The notes under the pieces: model-generated
Told to the model about the DNA's origin: nothing
Databases searched by the model: none
Seen by the model: only the letters and a program-made list of their open reading frames with translations
Part shown: one piece after another, positions 40,239-52,695 of the stretch
Layout: every line of letters starts with the position of its first letter
Numbering within the stretch: the stretch's first letter is position 1
From: Ptychomitrium polyphyllum
Lineage: Eukaryota
Assembly (NCBI GenBank): GCA_973851085.1
Contig: OZ316775.1
Location: 4,216,001 to 4,280,000 of the forward strand
Reading direction: 5' to 3'
DNA length: 64,000 nucleotides
Program-made: the position numbers and the translations under genes

Positions 40239-43200
40239 ATGTGCCTAGAACATCAAAGAATAGGTTTGCAACTATTGCAGATCTTCAAGAATTATTAAAC
40301 ACAGTTTGAACGGAACTCTCCCGCTTCAACACTACCAACAATTTGGAGCAACATACTCGGCAAGCTGAAAAATCCAATGGTAATATTCAAAGCCTATATC
40401 AAGAGGTTGTTCGATTGCAAGAGGCCAATATTGAAAGAAAAGGTTTATGTTGAATCCATGCAGAGCCAAAGATTAGCATGTCAGACAAATTTGATGGATC
40501 AAGATCAAAATTGAGAGGCTTTGTTTAACACGTAAGAATCTTTCTTAGTTTGCATCAATCTCGCTATCATGATGGCACAACTCAAGTGGGATTTGTGGCC
40601 ACTCTTTTATCAAACAATGCATTATAGAAGTTTGCACCACTATTAGAGAAGTAATCACTATTATTGAACAACTTAGATGCTTTTATAAAAGCATTGACAT
40701 CTACTTTTGGAGACACCGACCGAGAGAAGGTGACTGAGACAAGGATCTAGAGTCTCCAACAAGGACAGCGCTCAGCTGCTACATATGTTGCAAAGTTTCG
40801 ACAATTGACTTGCGTCCTTGATTGGAATGATAAAGCCTTGGTCACACGATTCCGATGGAGCTTAAGAGAGACTGTAAAGGACTTGCTACTCACAAAGCCA
40901 AGAGTTGAAACATTGGACAAATTCATCACTCAAGCAATAGCATATGACAACAGATTATTTGAGAGGTGCCAAGAACAACGCTTGAGATGGCGATCGGTAC
41001 ATCAAAGCATGTCTACCACTTCTTCATGAATATCAAAAAGCTGACCACAAGGACCAGAACCCATGCAAATTGATGCTGCACAGTTTAAACGTTTGACTCC
41101 AAAAGAAAAAGAAATGCGTCAAAGAAAAAACCTATGTTTGTATTGTAGCAAGTCTAGGCATAAAATACGCGATTGCCAAATCAAAAGATTTGCCTTTAAG
41201 GCTAAAAGCACAATAGTGGAATTGAAAAACGAGGCTGTTTAGTCACAGTAGAGACCATGCGACTGGACACCACAAGGAAACCACCATCAAATCAAAGTCT
41301 CTTACTACCTTTAAGCTCCACCTCTTGTTTTATATTTCCTATCAAAATTAAATTATTAGCTGATGAAATAATTAGTGAAGCTCTTTTAGACACTAGTATA
41401 ACGGCCTGTTTCATAAACAAGGATTTTGCAACCAAACATTACATGGTGCTTGAAAATAGAAAAACATCCCGCACTTGTTGGAATTATTGATGGATGATCT
41501 CTTGCATCTAGCAATGTTATTGAAGAAACTCAACCCTTGGAGGTTGTTTTAGGAGATCAGGCATCTAAAATTGTCTTCAACATCATTCAATGCTAAACAA
41601 ATCCTATTTTTTTGGGCCTTCCTTGGTTTGAATTACCTAATCTAGACATTAACTGGCGCTCATGGAGTGTGGTCTTAAAGAAAAGACGTCAAGGTATGAG
41701 AAATCTTGGACCATCATTTATTGGAGCTAAAGCATTCATGAGAGCGGCAAAAGAAGAACCAGTTTATGCTCTATAATAGAAATTAACCAAAACAGACCTA
41801 GTCAATATCAAGATTATAAAGATGTTTTTGTAAAAAAAAATGCGGACATGTTACCAAAGCACCGGCCTTACGATTGTACCATTGGGTTGCAAGAAAGAAT
41901 CCAACCACCTTTTGGACCTATTTATAACTTATTACAAACTGAGTTGGCTGTCATGAAAGAATATATTGATGAAAACCTTGGAAAGGGTTTCATTCAACAT
42001 TCTAAATCATCGGCTGGAGCGCCCATTCTATTTGTAAAGAGAAAGATGGATTATTACGTATGTGCGTGGATTATTGAGGCCTCAATAAAGTAACAAAAAA
42101 GAATCGCTATCCATTATTATTAATCTCAAGACTCTTACAACAAATTAGCCAAGCAAAGATATTCATCAAAATTGATCTTAGAGGAGCCTACAATCTTGTA
42201 CGCATCAAAAAATGAGACAAAAGGAAGACAGCTTTTTGATCTAGGTATGGTCATTTTGAATACAATGTCATGCCTTTTGGCCTTATTAATGCTCCCACAG
42301 TCTTCCAACATATAATGAATGATATCTTCTATGAACATTTGGACGATTTTGTAGTCATCTACTTAGATGACATTCTAATATATTCAAAGGATGAACAAGA
42401 CCACAAATGTCATGTGCAACTGGTCTTGAAAAAACTACGCCAGCAAGGATTATATGCCAAATTGGAGAAGTGCCTTTTCCATGAATCCTTGGTTGAATTT
42501 TTAGGCTATATCATTTCCAAAGGAGGAATCCATATGGATAAGAAAAAAATAAGCACTATCATAGAATAGAGTACGCGAAGATCAATTCGAGATGTTCAAT
42601 GCTTCTTGGGATTTGCAAACTTCTACAACATATTCATCAAGAATTATTCCAAGATTGCGACACCATTAACACGTCTTACGGGGAAGCAAAAATTCATTTG
42701 GGATGAAGAGGCGGAAAAAGCATTTCAAAGTCTTAAGAAGTCATTCACGTCGGCTCCAATTCTTATTCATCCAAATCCATCAAAGCTTTTTTATTTGGAA
42801 GCGGATGCCTCAGATTTTGCGCTTGGCTCAGTACTCTCACAATATGATGAAGACAGGAGACTTCACCCTCTTGCCTTTTGTTCAAAGGTGTTTACAGCGG
42901 CTGAGATCAACTATGATATACGTGATAAAGAACTACTTGCAATCGTGGATGCGTTTGAAGAATGGCGACACTTATTGGAAGGAATTCAACATACCATCAC
43001 AATATACACAGACCACAAGAACTTGGAGTATTTCATCAGTGCACGTGTTTTGAATCGCCGTCAAGCAAGATGGAGTATGTCGCTTTCTAGATTTGACTTT
43101 GTCATTATCTATTGATCTGGTAGCTTGCAAGATAAGCCAAATGCCTTATCTCAAAGATCTTCTTTAATTCCTCAACCTGGAGATGATGTTTTGAATCAAC

Positions 43201-44702
43201 AAAGGACTATTTTATTGAAACCAAAGTATCTTCAATTGAAAGCAACGCTTATTACAACAACATCCCATTTTAACGGAATTTGGAAGGCTTTGAAGAATGA
43301 CGTCTTTGTTTCAAATATAAAGAAGCGCCTCAAAGACAATGGAAGTCCTTCAAATAGCAATGAGGACCTTGAATTCCAAGAGGGCCTACTTTATAATAAA
43401 GGACTTTTGTACCTACCTCCAGGCCCCTTGCGGTTGAAGGTCCTTCAAGCACGTCATGATTTTCTAGCAGCAGGACACTTTAGATTTAATAAAACAATGG
43501 AGTTGATTGTAAGAAACTATTGGTGGCCACAAATGTGGAAGTATGTGAAGGACTTTGTTTGATCATGCGACACTTATGCAAGAGCCAAGGTACCAAAGCA
43601 CCAACTTCATGGTCTCCTCCATCCGCTTCCAGTGCCAAAGGGTCCATGGTTGTCTTTATCAATGGATTTTATCACGGACTTTCCAAATTCCGATTCTAAG
43701 GATTCTAATATGGTAGTGGTGGATCGATTTACCAAAATGGCACATTTCATTCCATGCAACAAGACAGTAACGGGAGAAAAAACTGCCAAGTTGTTCCTAA
43801 ATCACTTCTACCGCATATATGGACTACCAAATGATATTGTATTCAATCGGGGGCCGCAATTCATTGGAGGGCTCTATTCTAGCTATTCCATGTTAAAATC
43901 AATCTTTCTTTAGCACACCATTTGCAAATTGATGGCCAAACTGAATGTATTAATTAAATTTTGGAGCAATACCTTCAGTGTAGCTTAAACTACCAGCAAG
44001 ACAACTGAATGAATCTCTTGCCTTTAGCAGAATTTGCTTAGAACAATACAGTGCATTCTTCAACAACTCAAAGTCCATTCTTTGCAAACTATGGCCATCA
44101 TCCTCGAGCAGATCCATTTCAAGTGAAGCATGTTGGAAGCCCTGCAGCAGAGGATTTTGCAATTCAACTTGCTAAAATCCATTAAGAAATTACGTTCCAG
44201 TTATAACAAGCTCAAGATCGTTACAAAACTTATGTAGATCGCCATCAAAAGGACCATTAAAAGTTTAAGGTTGGGGATAGCGTATGGCTCTTACAACAAA
44301 ATATACAAACAAATAAACCATCTAAGAAGTTGGACTATCAATGGATGGGACCGTTTGAAATCAACAAACAGATAAATGTGATTATTTATTGCCTAAAGCT
44401 ACCACCAAGCATGCAAATTCATCCAGTATTTCACATATCGTTGTTGGAAACCTATAACAAATCATGTATACTAGAGAGAATTGTTCCTGCGCCTCCTCCG
44501 TTGGAAATCAATAATGAAATTGATTATGAAGTAGAAAGAGATCTTAGATTCACGCATCAAGTACGGACTTGTGGAGTACCTTATACATTGGCAAGGATAT
44601 GGCATCAATGACCAAATATGGGAACCTTCAACAAATGTAACAAATATATCCAAGAAGATATGCAAATTTCATCAAAGATATCCTTCGAAACCAGGTCAGT
44701 GA
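40239..44702 (+). pseudogene. Disrupted gag-pol of the retrotransposon
   Basis: Gag EPKISMSDKFDGSRSKLRGFV, GPEPMQID and zinc knuckle CLYCSKSRHKIRDC (~41135); protease ALLDTS; RT MPFGLINAP and YLDD; RNase H EADASDFALG and DKELLAIV; integrase H..GH..C, MDFITDFP, VVVDRFTKM, GPF; chromodomain YEVE/EILDSR..EYLIHWQGYG..WEP (44525-44702). Start is approximate. Confidence 0.95.
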
Positions 44703-45342
44703 TGATGTGTCAGCAACAGCCGTTAGCTTCACAGAGAAGTTTTTCCTTCATAGACAAATATAAGAAGGAAGGAGAAATATCCAAAACCTCCAATTGTATG
44801 CAACATTATTTCTAAGATATATCATTTCTAGATCCTAGGTAGCATGTCAAATCTTCATGTATCATGGATGTGGGTGAAGAGCAGTCGGCCATGCCTTCAT
44901 CAACAACAGCAACTGTTGAGCCAATTCATTTTTATCAGCCTTCGGTAACGGAGGATCTAAGCAAAGATATGAGAGGGACATTCCAACGTCGAGTACGACC
45001 TCGTGCAGAAGTATTGGCTAGTCGCCCTTCACATTCTAGTCTTGATCAAATGCTCGCGCTCTAGTCATCTTGTTAGAAATTGGAAGAGTCACTCTTGGAG
45101 GACCTGAGAACGTATTTGGAGAATGTTTTGAAGGACTTAATCAATATCAGATCTTGGGATGGAACATTTCAACAAGAGAAGTCTTGGCTGGTGGTCATTG
45201 GTGTTTCTTGCAAGGACCAATTGAAGTAGTGGACAAAGAACAACGAGCTGAATATGTTGCTTCACTCCTTCGACGAATTTTGGAATTTGTAGAAATGTAA
45301 TAAACAAGCCAAGAAAAGAGCTCTTTTATGGGACTCATTGCT

Positions 45343-45356
45343 AAATAGGGAAGTGA
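45343..45356 (+). other. Polypurine tract of the retrotransposon
   Basis: AAATAGGGAAGTGA immediately 5' of the 3' LTR. Confidence 0.7.
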
Positions 45357-46031
45357 TATCACGGACATAGATCATGCAACATAGTCCTTAGAACATGCTA
45401 AAACCTTCTAGTATATTAGATTAACTTTTTAGAATACTTTTAGATGTCTCCATAGCTTTTCCATGTTCTTAAGAAGCTTCTTAGGAAAGTTCTTCCACCT
45501 TAGGAAAGTTCCTAAGAAGGTTCTATCATCTTAGGTAACTTCTTAGGAAATTTCCTACAAAGATTTCATTACGTTAAGAAACTTCCTAGCAAGATACCAT
45601 CATCTTAGGAAACTTCCTAGGAAATTCTACCACCTCAGAAAATTTCCTAGGAAGATTCTACTCTTTTAGGAAACTTCCTAAAAAGATTCCGCTACCTTAA
45701 AAAACTTCCATGGAAGGTTCCAAGCCCTTGGAAGCTTCTTAGGAAAGTTCCAACATTTTAGGAAACTTCTTGGGAAGGTTCTCTAGACTTCCAGAACATT
45801 CTTAAGCCTTGTAGGAAGCTTCTTTAGAAGTATCTTAAGAGATACAAATGCCATAGTATAAATAGGAGGCAAAACAAGGTATTCCTTAGTCTTGCCAATA
45901 CAAGTTGTGAATCATCGTGAATTCTGCCTTATTCTAGTCTTTATATCAAGTTCTTGTTAATCATTAGCTCCTTGGAAGCTAATTCTTGGAAAACACTTTG
46001 TTTCTGCTTCTTGTTTCTTGTGTTCCTAACA
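45357..46031 (+). repeat. 3' LTR (675 bp)
   Basis: TATCACGGACATAGATCATGCAACAT...TGTTCCTAACA; terminal TG mutated to TA; many transition differences from the 5' LTR. Confidence 0.93.
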
Positions 46032-49000
46032 AATGAAGGACAATTAGCAAAAGTTAGTTATGTTTGGAGACTTAGCTTGGTTAGTTTATTTAGTTCATAA
46101 AAATAAACTTTTATTTATTATGGGGATTAAGCAAGAAGTAGATGGAGGTTGAGGCAAGGTTGTTATAACATTCTTCAATAACTATTGGTTGTGGCAATTC
46201 TTATTAAAATTCTTTTGGTTATATATATAACATATGTGACATATTTTAATGGCTTTAAATTTTGAAATAGAATGGATGTACAAAATATTTTAGCAAATTA
46301 TTCAAATTGATTGTGACTTATTGAATTATAAAAGTTTGCAATTTTTTTTAATTAGATGTTAAATTTAAATGCATTAAAAGAAGTTATTAGGTGCTTAAAT
46401 AAATAGAAATTTCAAAATTCTACACAACATAATTAAATGGATTTCAAACAAATAGACTTTATACTTTATGGCTAATACTTTAGAACAATTAACAAGCATT
46501 ATGAAGCTTCAATTCAATGAATAAATTAGTGCTAATTTGTTAAATATTTACTTTATTTAAAATGGACTTGCAAAAATTGATAGCATCTTATACACTATTC
46601 TTGTTATTGAAGTTTTTAACTATAATTTCTATAGATCAAAAATGCTTAGTAAAAGAAATTTTTTATGAAGGAAATTTTGTAGAATTTGTGCTACTTTTTA
46701 AAAAGTTCTATAACAAAAATCTTCATCAATTTACATGGATTTTTTTACAATACACTTAACTTTCATCTTGCTCTTTGTTTTAAAAACATTTTGCACTTGC
46801 TTATTTAATGGATGCCATCTAATCATGTATTTTTAATGGGTTTTTATAACATCTTAAGATTTTTTTTAACAATTGTCTAAATCATCAATAACTTAGAACA
46901 TAATTCTCAATTGTGGTTTAAATGGAGCTAAAATTATGGAGTTCTTGCCAAAAAAAAATTTTAATAAAAATCCAACATATTCATTTTGACAGATTCAATT
47001 CAATAAATATTACAAAATTAAATTTAAGTGAAATAAAATCTTAAATTTTTAATATTTGAAGTGAACATTGTTGATATTTTAATATAGAAGCATAAAAAGA
47101 TGTAATAATTACATTGTAGTTATTATGTACTAATAATTATATTGTTTAATTGTACTATAGAACTACCATTATTATTTTGAATGTATTCATGTTTTACAAA
47201 TATAATTTTGGTACTAGAATTTAATTTTTAGAAATATAAATATCAACTTATGGTTCAATAAAACTTTTAATATTTATTTAATGGACAATTTTCATAAAAA
47301 GGCATGATTATATTTATGAGTTTCTTTTCTTACAAATAATGTGCAAAATAATTTTGAAGCTTTATTTCTTATCCAAAACTTTGTAGAATTTGTAATTTAT
47401 TACATCAAAATTTTAAAAAATACTTAAAAACACTTAGATGCTTGCAATAAGATATAGTACAAATAAATACAAAAATAAAGTTTAAAAATGATTGAAATAT
47501 ATAAAACATATTTATAATTATTTTCAACCAAATTAATATTATTATCTTGCCATTTGAAGATTCATGTGTTTTATATACATCTACATTTTTTTAGAAACAT
47601 TTTTGTATTTGAGTATTCTGATCATGCATTTTATAAACATCACATGAAAAATTAATTTAATGTGCTTTAGTCATTTACCTACATACTTCTATTATAGTAT
47701 AAATAAACCAATAAAGCCTTTCATCTTTAAAAATACTATTTTAATTTAGTCTTAAACTTAATTAAAAATATTATTTTAAGATGTGTCAATTAATAAAATG
47801 TAATTTATTTTGCAAATTTTTTTGCCATGAAGTAGTTGATGGACAAAATATAGAACATTGAAATATATTCCTATAAACCATTTTCAAATCCAATAAAAAA
47901 AAATTAGCAATTGACAATATAAACTTGAATTTAAGAAATTTCATTTATTATATTATTCTATTTAATAACTCACCACCACAAACACCTATTTAAAGCTTGT
48001 AGCAATTTACTAAAGAGATACATTTTGTTTTATCTTAAATATAATGGAACATGTATACATCTTTAATCTAAATGTTATTTAATTTGATTATTAATGTATA
48101 CAAATATATTTTCTTGTTTTATTTAAGAAATCCCAATTACTATTGCATAATGTCTTTTATCATCAAATAAATCATTAATCAAATCCAAAGTGTTTACAAA
48201 TGAAAATAATTCTCATTCCTGCATCCATTCTTCCATTCAACATTCTAGAACTGTGCCCTTATTATATTTATTGTAGGGATTCCAGTTACTTTTCCATCCA
48301 ACTTCCCATCTTGTTCTGCTGCCTCTGTACAAAATTTATAACTTCAATTTAAAAATAAATAAACTTCTTATAAATAAAAACTTCAATAGCTTTGGATGAG
48401 CTGTCTATCATACATTATAAAAAAACATCTGATTGCATTACTGTAACTATGAGAAAATTCCAAAATCATTACAATACAGGTGGAAATAAGTCGGCTAAAG
48501 CAAGAAGCAAAATGACTAGATTGTATTCCATGCATGGTCATCGTAAAAGCATTCCTTTCAGAGGGTAAAACTGATCCAAATGCTGTGTTCTCCATCAGTT
48601 GCTGCTCCGGCGGTGACCTGGTCCAGACGTAAGAGCTTGTCAATGCATCAATCCATGAAATTCACTTAAGCATACGCTGAGAAACTAAATTACCATGCGG
48701 TACTTCGAGACTGATTGACTCCCTTCACACCGTCTGGAATAGCAGGATCCACAAATTGAATGAATACAAGAAGAAATACAGGAAGATGCTCCTCCTTGCC
48801 CACAAGAAAGCCTTTTCTGACAAGCAGGAGAATGAACTCCCTCCAGCCAGTCCTCTCGTAATGCACAACATCGGCTACACTTATTTGGGGTACAGCTTCG
48901 GCAATGCTTCTGACTCCGGCACCACGTTACCAAATTCATCAGTGATTCACCAAGATTCAGCTGCAAACAATTCCGACAACTTTCAGGTCTCTCCGGTGCA

Positions 49001-50118
49001 AAACCTGTCAAAAGAAGTAGCTATAAGGTCTGAGCAGGAGAACGAGAACACTTTCTCTCCCAGTGTGTGAATCTGCTGTACTTGTGTGGATAAAACTTCA
49101 CTGTAACTTCACTCACATGGTTTGTTTGGTCAATCACAGTCTGCAGAGTCTTATTAAAACCTTGGGACAGTCTACTTTTAACTCTTAGAAGGTTATTACC
49201 CAGTGACCAATCGTTCTAAACCCTCTCAGCTTCTAATAAAAATAACTTTGTGAATTGAACAGTTCTTTCAAAGCTGATACAGCATGGCGAATCAAAAGCG
49301 ATGAGAAACTTGTTTGAGGCCCGCTTCCACTGAGGGGCTTCGAACTCGTTCAGCAGTGAATATCGATTTCTACAAATGAAACCCGAGAACCCTCAATATA
49401 TCGCGAAACCACACTACGATGCACTGGTTTAGACGGTGGATTAGTAGGGGCAACAGCAATACATGTACTCACAGATTCCTTTCCAAGCAGAACTTGTCAG
49501 AGGAACATGACGAAAACTGAACCATGCCACTCTATACACAGTATAAGCTGGACAAATTTGCCTCAAACTGAAGTATACCACTTCTAAGGTATTAGTCACT
49601 GTCTGAAAGAAATCGAGCCCATGGCATATCAATGCTTTCTACAAAACTGAAGATGTTTCAACATCTACGGCTTTAAGATGACCTCGGAGCTGATCATCTC
49701 ATGAAGTATAATACATGGAATATACTTCAACCATGCTCAATACCTACCGGTACACACAAGAACTTCCTTTCTCAAATTCTTCATCAGAACCAACGATTCA
49801 CAACGCACTATCTCAACGATCAACCCAAACACAATACTTATTACATCTACGTTCAAAGAACAGGTTTCGGGGTTTATTCCATATCAAGGACTCAAACTCA
49901 CACTGTTTGCACCAAGGGTGAACAAAATCGACTCTTCAAATCCCCTAAACCTTGACTCTCCTCTGTCAAATACCTTTGACAAATGAGTGAAAGATCATCG
50001 CAATTCTCGGCAACGACAAAGCCACCGCCATGCACGAGATAATGAGTTCGAGAGCTAGATAAATCTTCGCTCCCAGAGCTTCGAAGCAAGTAACGGTGGT
50101 CCAAACTTCACATATTTC

Positions 50119-50228
50119 TAGAGCTTCTGTGCAATGATGTCGAACAGCAAAACCTGCACTTCACCATTGGTGAAGCGCCTCCATTGGGGAAGTGCAGGTT
50201 TCGCTCCGACCTCCTTGCAAAGATTCTA
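50119..50228 (-). ncRNA. Candidate microRNA precursor hairpin
   Basis: 21-nt arms 50146-50166 and 50185-50205 are reverse complements at 19/21 positions (one becomes G:U on the minus strand). The upper stem and an ~15-25-bp imperfect lower stem continue on either side. No credible coding ORF. Confidence 0.6.
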
Positions 50229-52695
50229 CGTTACTAACCTAGATCACCTCCATAATGTACGATACTCACTCACAACATGCTTGAATCAAAGAGAACGCTT
50301 GATAAAACAGAGCAACCACATGCATCCTTAAAGCCCTAACATAGATTTTAGGATTTTGGGGAGCTCACGAAATATATGTGTGAAGGGGATGGATGGGGAT
50401 GAACGAGGATAATATGCGGATAGAATGTGAATGAGAGGGGTTTTAGCGTCTGAGGGCCGAGCTCTGGCTGATGAGAGCACCGAGGTTTAGCAGGTTGCTC
50501 CATCGCTAGATTGCAACGCATTTTGAAGCGGGTGAGTTTGTTACATGAATTGTGTGGACTGTATGCGACGGAGTTGTGGGTTTCTGTGGCTTGATTCGGA
50601 CTCGGGTTTTGGAATCCTTGTCACGATTCTGCGTTGTATCGAAGTTTTTGGAAGCGTAGGTTGCAGAACTGAGAGATGGCTTGCGCGTGGGTCCGAGTGG
50701 GCTTGCGGAAGTTTGTGAAGGAGAGTGTTTGCAGTAGCGTGGAGGTGTGCTTGATGTGACGAGGAGCTTCGCGTTCCAGTTGCTGGCATCCGTGGCTTAG
50801 AGTGTAACAACGGCTTTGTAAAGGTGAGCTAATTCCAAGCTGAACCATTTGATTTTGCTCTCAGCTAAACATTAGGCCTCTCTTTAGCACTTCAGCTTTT
50901 CTTCTCCAGCGAGGTCTCATGAATTGCCGAAAGAAGATTCGTGTGACTTCTGTGACCTAACTGGAATTTGTAGACTTGACACTGTCAACAAGGAATGGGA
51001 ATATCAAGGGCTTTGCACCACTTTCCTGCAAATAAGGACGACGACGAATCTTCATGGTGCATGTATAGCTTCTCATTTTGAAGTCTGGTTTGCCTCTTTT
51101 GTCGGATTGCTAGACATCACTTCAGTTTTATAGACAGGGGCGACCACCTCGACCTAGTATGCATTTCTGATATACATGGTGAACCCCTCGAGTTCACTCC
51201 TTGAATGCTGCTTTTGAGAAGGGTGTGAATGTCGGGATAGCTAGGTGAATTATGACGAGCTGCATTCATCTGTAATAACATTTGGGGCACCTAGTTCGTT
51301 TTCAAATAGAACTTTAGGGTTCGTCGTGGGTGTCGAGCAGATTTTACAGGATGTGAATCATGGCTTGGTCGCAATTTTTGAACAAGTTGAAATTCGGAAG
51401 CGTACGTAGAGCAATTGAGTTATGTCAATGGAGAGGGATGCGTGGAATTGTTTGCGAGTGGCAGGTGAGGCCGAAGGTGTATAAGACAGGGCGAGAAAGA
51501 GTGGGGTGTTGGAAGAAGAGGTTGAGAGCGATTGTAAATGCAGCAGAGGTAGGACTTCCTTGGCTATCTTCCAGCCGAACCTCTCGATGACTACCTTCGT
51601 CCCCCACTCCATCGTTTTGGTTGCCGCTGTTGTCGAGGCTTGAATTGAAGAGGTGCTGGCGTCACGGAAGCCAAGCCGGGCTGCGTTTCCGTCTAGCCTT
51701 CGACTATTGTCTCTTATTCTACTGCACGGCGGGGGCCACGTCATACCCTGCGTTATGAGACACTTCTTGTCAACTTAGGACGTCTCTCGAGGAGAAGAAA
51801 ATGGTGTGCACCTGGTTAGCTAGGATTTCGTGCGCCAATTCACTGGGGTTCTGGGTTTGTTCCTTAAGAGCTTAAGAGCAAGAATTTTAGTCTGTTCCTG
51901 AAGAGTTGGCAGGGGTTCATCACCCAGCCAGGTACATAGTACACAGAGTAAACAGAGCCAGTCCAATTGATTTCGATAGATTTTTGAGGATTTCATTTCA
52001 TAGCTTCAGAGCTTTTCAGAGATTCTTGAATGATATCCCTGAGTTTCGGAGAATAGAAGGCCGTTCTGTACATGAGTGTGTCAGTTTGGAAACTTTGGCT
52101 TGTTCTTATTTTGGCCGTGATCGGCAGTACTAGGAATTAGAGCACAGCATATGTTTGGCGAGGAAGATTTAGTGAATTTGAGCTTGGGATGTGAGAGCGG
52201 GACTGTTCTCTTCTAGGTTAGAATGGATCGACTAGAAGAGTATTCGTGCTTTAACATAGTAGGGATCCTCAAGCATACATTTGTCATGTGCTTGCAACGG
52301 TTGTAGATCAACTTTTGAGCTGACTTGAAAACGTGAACATAGTGGACAGGATTTCGTTTTCTCATAGGACGACGAGGACAGGTTGAACTATTTTTGTGTG
52401 AAACTTGAGAGAATGCTGAAGGTGTGTATTATCATCTTTATGATATGTAACTCAGGTTTAACAAAGGTGCGCGAGAATACGCATTTGTGGTAGGTCGCGT
52501 ATTGGGAGCCTCAGGACTTATAAGTTTGAGTTTGTAGTTTTGAATGCAAACTTGAACCTTTCGCAACATTCATGAAACGCTTTTGAATGGAAACGCTGTT
52601 TTCTTGAAATGCTGTTGCCACTATGATCGCAACTGAAGCAGAGGTGCGAATTCGGGCAGTTGAAGAGGTGTTTGTGGTAATTGTGTTAGTTAGCC

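Larger units (their letters stand above)
39308..46031 (+). mobile_element. Full-length but decayed Ty3/gypsy chromovirus LTR retrotransposon (Tcn1/Tf1-sushi-like), ~6.7 kb
   Basis: Two related LTRs; domain order gag-PR-RT-RH-IN-chromodomain; polypurine tract before the 3' LTR; many stops and frameshifts. Confidence 0.96.

Noticed and set aside
39303..46036. 5-bp target-site duplication of the LTR element
   Set aside because: Flanks GTTGA and AATGA match at only 3/5; compatible with a decayed TSD but not demonstrable
48756..49070. 104-aa plus-strand ORF
   Set aside because: Non-ATG start in the track and no motifs; local splice signals point to the minus strand
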